A DNA stretch of 64,000 nt from Myxococcota bacterium (lineage in GTDB: Bacteria > Myxococcota_A > UBA796 > SXON01), in the NCBI GenBank assembly GCA_040386535.1, contig JAZKFH010000055.1, positions 85,343-149,342 on the forward strand, read 5' to 3'. The first letter of the stretch is position 1; the number at the start of each line of letters is the position of its first letter. Both the position numbers and the translations under genes were made by a program. Below are positions 57,638-64,000 of the stretch, in pieces. The notes under the pieces were generated by a model, which saw only the letters and a list, made by a program, of their open reading frames with translations, was not told the origin of the DNA and did not search any database.

Positions 57638-58861
57638 ATGCGCGTGGCCCCCTCGTCAAGCCCCACCTCGTCCTGGGGCCTCCTCGCCGGCATCGCCGCG
57701 CTGGCCCTGCTGAAGACCGCGTGTGACGGGGGCGAGGGCCCGAAGGACGAGACGCCGGTGGGGGACGCGCTGGTGGCGCTGCTCGCGGCGGTGGGGCCCG
57801 AGGTCGTGCGGCCTGCGCTCGACCGTGCGGCGCTCGCGGCGGACACCCTCCAGGTCGCGACGGCGGCGTGGCGGGATGCCGAGGCCGCGGGGGTCGGCGC
57901 GGACGAGGCCCAGGTCGCCGCGCAGGACGCGTGGTGGGCGATGATGGCGGCCTGGCAGGAGGTCGAGGTGCTCCAGCTCGGCCCGGCGGCGTCCTCGCTC
58001 ACCGCGGTGGGCGGCGCGGACCTGCGGGACGACGTGTACTCGTGGCCCACGGTCAACCGCTGCCGCGTGGACCAGGAGACGGTCGACGACGACTGGGCCG
58101 ATCCCACGTTCTTCGAGACGAGCCTCGTCAACGTGTACGGGCTCGCGGCGCTCGAGGTGCTCCTGTACTCGCCGGCCGGCGAGAACGCCTGCGCCGCCAC
58201 CGTGGCCATCAACACCGACGGCTCGTGGGCCGCGTTGGGGGAGGACGGCGTGCAGGCCCAGCGCGCGGCATACGCGGCGGTGCTCGCGACGCACACGGCC
58301 CAGGTCGTCGACGCGGCCGTGGCACATTGGGACCCCGCGCAGGGTGACTTCGGCGCCCAGCTGATGGGCGCGGGGGAGGGGGCCTCCGTCTACGAGAGCC
58401 GCGAGGAGGCGCTCAACGCGGTGTTCGACGCGTTGTTCTACGTGGAGACGGGGACCAAGGACCGCAAGATCGGGTACGCGGTGGGCGCGGGCGACTGTGC
58501 CACGACCAGCTGCATGGCCGACATCGAGTCGCCGATCGCCGGGGGCTCCCACGCGTGGGTGGCCGTCAACCTGCGGGCTTTCCGCACGCTGTACATGGGC
58601 GGCGCCGGCGCGGGGATGGACGACCTGCTCGTGTCCCTCGGCGAGGACGAGCTCGCGGGCGCGTTGGGCGCCGCGCTCGACACAGCGGACGCCGCGGCGC
58701 TCGCGGTGGCCGTTCCGTTCGACGTCGCCGCCGTGGAGGATCCCGCCGCCCTCGACGCGCTCTACGCCGCGGTGAAGGGCGTGACGGACCTGTTGAAGGG
58801 GGACATCGCGACCGTGCTCGCCATGCAGATCCCCGCCGAAGCCGCGGGCGACAATGACTGA
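57638..58861 (+). CDS. Imelysin (peptidase M75-like) iron-uptake lipoprotein
   Basis: Lipobox-like LLKTAC; AWQEVE..QLGP, YSWP, GLAALEVLLY, ESP and terminal GDND. Confidence 0.85.
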   Translation: MRVAPSSSPTSSWGLLAGIAALALLKTACDGGEGPKDETPVGDALVALLAAVGPEVVRPALDRAALAADTLQVATAAWRDAEAAGVGADEAQVAAQDAWWAMMAAWQEVEVLQLGPAASSLTAVGGADLRDDVYSWPTVNRCRVDQETVDDDWADPTFFETSLVNVYGLAALEVLLYSPAGENACAATVAINTDGSWAALGEDGVQAQRAAYAAVLATHTAQVVDAAVAHWDPAQGDFGAQLMGAGEGASVYESREEALNAVFDALFYVETGTKDRKIGYAVGAGDCATTSCMADIESPIAGGSHAWVAVNLRAFRTLYMGGAGAGMDDLLVSLGEDELAGALGAALDTADAAALAVAVPFDVAAVEDPAALDALYAAVKGVTDLLKGDIATVLAMQIPAEAAGDND

Positions 58862-61800
58862 GCTGGTCGCCACCGGCGGGCGCGTGCTCGCCGTGCTGGC
58901 CGAGCCCTTCACCGAGGTCACGAGCCGCACGTGGTGGCCGTTCCTGCTGGTGGCCGGCGTGACCGCGGTGGGCGTGCACGTTTGGCGGGCGCTCCCGACG
59001 GAGCGGCGCGGGCTCCTCTCGCACATCCGGGGCGGGCTGGGCGTCCAGTCGTGGCGCAGCCGGTCGGCCGTGCTCGACGTGCAGCTCCTGGTCGTGCGGC
59101 AGCTCCTGGCGCTCCTCGGCGTGCTCCCGCGGCTCGGCACGGCGTGGGCAGTCGCGACGTTCCTCGTCCGCGGCCTCGACCGCGGCTTCGGGCGCCCGGA
59201 CCTCGTCGCGCCCCCGGGCCCGCTCCTCGCCGTCGCCTACACCCTCGTGTTGTTCGTGGTGTGGGATCTGAGCCGCTACGTCCTGCACCGGGCCCTGCAC
59301 GCCTCGCCATTGTTGTGGCAGTTCCACCAGGTGCACCACTCGGCCGAGGTGTTGACCCCGCTCACCTTCCACCGGGTGCACCCCGTCGAGGCCCTCCTCT
59401 ACGAGGCCCGCGGCGTGCTCGTCACCGGCCTGCTCGCCGGCTCCGCCTATTGGCTCTGGCGCGGCGACGCGGTGGCGCTGACCGTATTGGGTGTGGACGC
59501 CGTGGGCTTCGTGCTGAGCGGCCTCACCGGCAACTTGCGACACAGCCACGTGTGGATTGGGTTCGGCCCACGGGTAGAGCGCTGGTTGCTCTCCCCCGCC
59601 CAACACCAGCTCCATCACGGCGCCGACCGCCGCGAGAATGGCAGCAACTTCGGCGTGTGGTTGGCGTGTTGGGACCGCCTCGCCGGCTCCCTCCGTCTCG
59701 CCGGGCCTGTCCCGCCGGTGGCGTTCGGGCTCGCGCCCGGGGTGGCCAACCACGGCCAGGACCTCGGCTCCGCGCTGCTCGGCCCGCTCCGTGGCGCGGC
59801 CGCGCGGTTCGGGTGGGCCCGCCGCTCCCTCGTCCAGGTGGCGCTGCTCGGCGCGCTGGTCGTGGCGCCGCGCGAGGCCTCCGCGCGGGACACGCCCGAA
59901 GACGAGCCGCCGCCGCCCGCGCCGGGGGAAGGGGAGGAGATCGTCGTGTCGGGGTCGCGTCGGGCCCCGGCGGTTGGGGGCGCCGCGCACGAGGTCGACC
60001 AGGAGACCTTGGAGCGGTACGAGCACGACGACATCCAGCGGGTGCTCGCCCGCGTGCCCGGCGTGTACGTGCGCGGAGAAGACGGCTTCGGCTTGCGTCC
60101 CAACATCGGCATGCGCGGCGCCAACAGCGACCGCAGCGCCAAGATCACGCTGCTCGAAGACGGCGTGCCGCTGTCCCCCGCGCCCTACGCGGCGCCCGCC
60201 GCCTATTACTTCCCCCTCACGACGAGGCTCGTGGGGGTGGAGGTGTTCAAGGGCCCCTCCGCGATCGCGTACGGGCCGCAGACGATCGGTGGCGCCGTCA
60301 ACCTGCTCACGCGCCGGGTGCCGACCGAGCTGGACGGCGAGCTGGACGTGGCGGCCGGCGCCTGGTCGACGCTCAAGGCCCACGGCTGGGGCGGCGTCGG
60401 CGGCCCGCGCGCCGGCGTGCTGATCGAGGGCTCGCACCTCTCCTCCGGCGGCTTCAAGGAGCTCGACAACGGCGGGCCCACCGGCTTCGAGCGGCAGGAC
60501 CTGATGGCGAAGGGGCGCCTGACCTTTGACGGCGCGGTCCGGCACGATCTCGAGCTCAAGCTCGGCTACGGGCGCGAACGTTCGGACGAGACCTACCTGG
60601 GCCTGAGCCTGGAGGACTTCGAGGCCACGCCGTATCGCCGGTACGCGGCCTCGCAACAGGACGAGATGTCCTGGCAACACACCCAGGAGTCGGTGTCGTG
60701 GAGCGTCGCGGCCGCCGACCGGCTCACGGTGCGTACGGTCGCCTACCACAGTTGGTTCGATCGCACGTGGACCAAGCTGAACCGCTTCGCCGGCGGCCCG
60801 AGCATCCACGACCTGCTCCTGAACGCCGATGCTGGGCAGGCGGCCACGTACGCCGCGATCCTTCGAGGCGACGAGGACTCCGTCACCGCCGACCAGGGCC
60901 TCCTCCTCGGGACCAACGCCCGCACCTTCCACAACTACGGCGTCCAGTCGGTAGCTCGGTTGTGGGCGGGCGGGGGCAAGGTCTCCAACCTCGCCGAGCT
61001 CGGCATCCGGTTCCATGGGGACCAGGTCTCGCGCCTGCACACGGAGGACCCGCGCCTGATGTTTTCGGGCACGTTGGTTCCCTCGGGGGGTGACACCGCG
61101 GTCACCCTCGACACCGACACCACCGCGCACGCCCTGTCCGGTTGGTTGCGCGACGATCTGGAGGTGGGGCCCGTGCACGTGGTGCCGGGCGTGCGGATCG
61201 AGCACATTCGCACCACCTCGTTCGACATCGGACGCGTGGAGGTGAGCGTCGCCACGGAGCCGGTCACACGCACCCATGTGTTGCCCGGTTTGGCGGTCTC
61301 GGTCGAACCGTCTCATTGGCTCATGGCGTTCGCGGGGGTGCACCGCGGCTTCTCGCCGGTGCCGCCGGGAGAGGCCGCGGACGTGCCGCCCGAGACCGCC
61401 TGGAACGCCGAGCTCGGCGCGCGAATCTTTCCCGGCCAGACCTACGTCGAGGTGGTGGGCTTCGGCAGCGCCTACCAGAACCTGTACGGCCAATGCACGC
61501 TCTCGTCCGGGTGCGCTGACGACCAGGTGGACTCCCAATTCGCGGGCGGTGAGGCGCTCGTGGGCGGCGTCGAGTCCATCCTCTCGCACGAGCTCCTGTT
61601 GCCACGCGACATGTCGCTCCGCGGGAACGCTACTTACACCTACACATGGTCGGCCTTCCAATCGGGCTTCGTCTCGGAATTCCCCCAGTGGGGCACGGTG
61701 CAGGAGGGCGATCGTCTCCCGTACGTGCCCGAACACCAGGGCGCGGTCGAGGTCCTCTTCACCATGCCGCGGGCCAGCCTCGGCGTCACCAGCACGCTCC

Positions 61801-62039
61801 GCGGCGCCATGCGCGACGTGGCCGGCCAGGGCGACATCCCCCGCGAGGAGCTGCTCCCCACCGCCGTCGTCTTCGACATCGCCGCCGACGTACGTGTCAC
61901 CGACCAGGTGACCGCCTACCTCGTCGCCCGCAACGTGACCGACGCCGTGACGCTCGAGTCCCTCCGCCCCTTCGGCGCCCGCCCCGGCGCCCCCCGCACC
62001 ATCCTCGTGGGCGTGAAGGTCGCGCCGCGCCGCAAATAG
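58854..62039 (+). CDS. Fusion of a sterol desaturase/fatty acid hydroxylase domain and a FecA-like TonB-dependent receptor
   Basis: His boxes HRALH, HQVHH, HRVHP, RHSH and HQLHH; then RRSLVQVALLGALVVAPREASA; TonB box EEIVVSG; plug EDGFGLRPNIGMRG...LLEDGVP...VEVFKGP; barrel ending RPGAPRT. Confidence 0.88.
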   Translation: MTELVATGGRVLAVLAEPFTEVTSRTWWPFLLVAGVTAVGVHVWRALPTERRGLLSHIRGGLGVQSWRSRSAVLDVQLLVVRQLLALLGVLPRLGTAWAVATFLVRGLDRGFGRPDLVAPPGPLLAVAYTLVLFVVWDLSRYVLHRALHASPLLWQFHQVHHSAEVLTPLTFHRVHPVEALLYEARGVLVTGLLAGSAYWLWRGDAVALTVLGVDAVGFVLSGLTGNLRHSHVWIGFGPRVERWLLSPAQHQLHHGADRRENGSNFGVWLACWDRLAGSLRLAGPVPPVAFGLAPGVANHGQDLGSALLGPLRGAAARFGWARRSLVQVALLGALVVAPREASARDTPEDEPPPPAPGEGEEIVVSGSRRAPAVGGAAHEVDQETLERYEHDDIQRVLARVPGVYVRGEDGFGLRPNIGMRGANSDRSAKITLLEDGVPLSPAPYAAPAAYYFPLTTRLVGVEVFKGPSAIAYGPQTIGGAVNLLTRRVPTELDGELDVAAGAWSTLKAHGWGGVGGPRAGVLIEGSHLSSGGFKELDNGGPTGFERQDLMAKGRLTFDGAVRHDLELKLGYGRERSDETYLGLSLEDFEATPYRRYAASQQDEMSWQHTQESVSWSVAAADRLTVRTVAYHSWFDRTWTKLNRFAGGPSIHDLLLNADAGQAATYAAILRGDEDSVTADQGLLLGTNARTFHNYGVQSVARLWAGGGKVSNLAELGIRFHGDQVSRLHTEDPRLMFSGTLVPSGGDTAVTLDTDTTAHALSGWLRDDLEVGPVHVVPGVRIEHIRTTSFDIGRVEVSVATEPVTRTHVLPGLAVSVEPSHWLMAFAGVHRGFSPVPPGEAADVPPETAWNAELGARIFPGQTYVEVVGFGSAYQNLYGQCTLSSGCADDQVDSQFAGGEALVGGVESILSHELLLPRDMSLRGNATYTYTWSAFQSGFVSEFPQWGTVQEGDRLPYVPEHQGAVEVLFTMPRASLGVTSTLRGAMRDVAGQGDIPREELLPTAVVFDIAADVRVTDQVTAYLVARNVTDAVTLESLRPFGARPGAPRTILVGVKVAPRRK

Positions 62040-62095
62040 GGCGCGGCGAACATTGGGATCTCCGGCGAGGTGAAACAATTTCGCGGTCTGTTGTT

Positions 62096-62114
62096 GAAAT
62101 TGATGTTCATTATC
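62096..62114 (-). promoter_or_regulatory. Fur box
   Basis: The reverse strand reads GATAATGAACATCAATTTC, 15/19 to consensus, upstream of the 62155 gene. Confidence 0.85.
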
Positions 62115-62154
62115 AATAGTAGGGCGCGGTAACAAAACCTCCGGGAGATCCCAC

Positions 62155-63675
62155 ATGGAACGTTTCGACAAGCTCTTCGTGATCTGCGCCCTGACCTCGC
62201 TCGTCGGCCTGTCCGCGTGCACGGACGCCGCGGACAAGGACGACACCGGTGAGGCGGCGGACGCCGACACGGACACCGATACCGACACGGACACCGACAC
62301 CGATACGGACACCGATACCGACACGGACACCGATACCGACACGGACACCGGCCCGGACCGCGTGCTCCGGGCCGAGGTCGTCCAGCTCTCGGCGACCGGT
62401 GGAGACGTCTTCTACGCGGTGGCCTTCGCGCCGGACGGCAGCTTTTTCGCGGCCGGTTTCGTGGCCGACACCGTCGAGTCCACCACCGACCGCGCCATGG
62501 TCGTGGCGAAGTTCACCGTCGACGGTGACTTGGACACCACGTTCGGCACCGCCGGTGTCACCCGCGTGAACGTCGCCGCCGGCACCACGGGCGAGTCCGC
62601 GCGTGGCGTGGTCGTGCAGTCCACCGGCAAGATCGTCATCGCCGGCGCCGTCGAGCACGACGTGACCGCCACGGGCACCGCCGCCTCCGACCGTGACATC
62701 GCGGTCGTCCGCCTGAACGCCGATGGGACGCTCGACAGCGGCTTCGGCACCGGCGGCATCCTCCTCCTCGACCTGAACACCGGCATCGAGACGCTCGACA
62801 GCTCCGGCACCGCCGCCTGGTCCGGCGCCGACGCGTTCTGGAGCCTGTCCCTCGCGGACGCCGACGCGCTCGTCATCCACGGCGCCACCCGCGCCGAGGG
62901 CCTCCAGGTCGACGGCGAGACGCCGCGCTCCGACACCGACTTCGCCCTCGTGCGTCTGACGGCCAACGGCGCCTATGACACCACCTTCGGTGACGGCGGC
63001 GTGTTCACCCTCGACATCGAGCAGGCCAACGGCTCCGCGCGCAACGCGACCGTCCTCCCCGACGGCTCCATCCTCGGCGGCGGCTACGCCAACACCCCGA
63101 CCTACGGCACCGTCCAGCCCGTCCTCTACAAGGTCACCCCCGCCGGCGTGCTCGACGAGAGCTTTGCCACGGACGGCCTGTTCCACGAGGAGGTCCTCGC
63201 CGAGGTCGCCGAGATCTACGCCGTGACCGCGGTGGGCGACAAGCTGGTGACCGCCGGGTACGGCCGCAGCACCACGGCCGAGTCCCTCGATTGGTTGTCC
63301 TTGCGCTTCTCCGCCGCGGGCGTCCTCGACACCACCTGGGGCGATCGCGGCGCGGTGCGCGTCGACTACGCCGGCTTCACCGACAACGGTCGTTACATCA
63401 CCACCCTCCCCGACGGCAACGCGCTGATCGTGGGTGGCGCCTCGACGGCGGACAGCATCCTCGACGCCGCCTACGGCATCCTCCTGGCCGACGGCACCCT
63501 CGCCGGCGGCGCTCCCGTGCTGCACGACTTCGGTGGCATCTCTGACATGTTGTGGAGCGCGGCCGTGGCGCCCGACGCGAGCTTCGTCGCCATGGTCGGC
63601 CTCGCGGGTGCGGGCTCCGGCGCGACCGAGGCGATCAACGACGATGCGGCGATCTACCTGGTTCCGTTGGAGTAG
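62155..63675 (+). CDS. Lipoprotein with an Asp-Thr linker and delta-60-type beta-propeller repeats
   Basis: LSAC lipobox; (DT)n; repeated RL..DG.LD.TFG..G units. Confidence 0.85.
   Translation: MERFDKLFVICALTSLVGLSACTDAADKDDTGEAADADTDTDTDTDTDTDTDTDTDTDTDTDTDTGPDRVLRAEVVQLSATGGDVFYAVAFAPDGSFFAAGFVADTVESTTDRAMVVAKFTVDGDLDTTFGTAGVTRVNVAAGTTGESARGVVVQSTGKIVIAGAVEHDVTATGTAASDRDIAVVRLNADGTLDSGFGTGGILLLDLNTGIETLDSSGTAAWSGADAFWSLSLADADALVIHGATRAEGLQVDGETPRSDTDFALVRLTANGAYDTTFGDGGVFTLDIEQANGSARNATVLPDGSILGGGYANTPTYGTVQPVLYKVTPAGVLDESFATDGLFHEEVLAEVAEIYAVTAVGDKLVTAGYGRSTTAESLDWLSLRFSAAGVLDTTWGDRGAVRVDYAGFTDNGRYITTLPDGNALIVGGASTADSILDAAYGILLADGTLAGGAPVLHDFGGISDMLWSAAVAPDASFVAMVGLAGAGSGATEAINDDAAIYLVPLE
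62266..62349 (+). repeat. Hexamer microsatellite encoding (Asp-Thr)n
   Basis: About 14 GAYACS units in tandem. Confidence 0.9.
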
Positions 63676-63784
63676 GGGAGCGCATGGGGGAGGGGGCGTT
63701 TGTCTCCTCTCCCGGGTCTTGCGTCACGGACAGTAGGTGTCCAACCACTCGTCCCGGTTGTTGGCATCGTCCGACGCCCAATTG

Positions 63785-63955
63785 AACGCTGGCTCCCAGC
63801 GCCGGCGCGGCTCGAGGAAGCTCGGGAAGTACGTCCCGTGCCGAACCCGCGGGATCTCGAGTGGCACGGTGCCGAGCCGCGTCTCGAGTTCCCGCTCGCG
63901 GTAGCCGTTGCGGCTGTTCTGGCGCTCTTCGGTGCGCGTTCCGTAGTGTCCCGTC
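63785..63955 (-). pseudogene. IS256-family transposase fragment
   Basis: RQNSRNGYRERELETRLGTVPLEIPRVRHGTYFPSFLEPRRR is the N-terminal IS256 signature. The ORF is only 89 aa and has no DDE domain. Confidence 0.85.
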
Positions 63956-64000
63956 CCATCAATTCCACCCACTCCAATCCCAGTCCTGCCCACCGGTAGA

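Noticed and set aside
58566..62348. 1260-aa minus-strand ORF starting with (SV)n
   Set aside because: Antisense of the TBDR fusion and the (DT)n linker.
63724..63993. Intact IS256 element
   Set aside because: Only about 55 codons are homologous; no catalytic domain or clear terminal inverted repeats within the window.

Overview
Very GC-rich bacterial chromosomal window, most consistent with a Myxococcota-like organism (MopE-repeat/FG-GAP lipoprotein, ferritin-like lipoprotein, Asp-Thr linkers; inference only). Left to right it holds: (1) an ArsR-controlled heavy-metal operon (ArsR, P1B ATPase, CzcI/DUF2946-like peptide, TolC running off the window) with a divergent YHYH lipoprotein; (2) a patch of accessory genes separated by hairpin-rich spacers, including a ~160-nt rod-like candidate ncRNA; (3) a second heavy-metal RND operon behind a sigma54-type promoter; (4) a PL7 lyase, amidohydrolase, PfkB kinase, PIN toxin-antitoxin pair, MBOAT/SGNH pair, DEAD-box helicase, surface lipoprotein, CotH, NhaA, ABC1 kinase, desaturase, P450, UDG-like protein and RsgA; (5) a galactose/galactofuranose cluster (GH2, galT, galK, GH1-RfbD fusion, galE, ABC exporter, GH1, GT4, glf); (6) an iron-uptake locus with two Fur boxes, followed by an IS256 remnant. 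The most striking feature is in (6): one 1061-aa ORF fuses a di-iron fatty-acid-hydroxylase/sterol-desaturase domain to a FecA-like TonB-dependent receptor through an apparent internal signal peptide, suggesting a processed polyprotein. All calls come from motif recognition by eye; no database searches were run.
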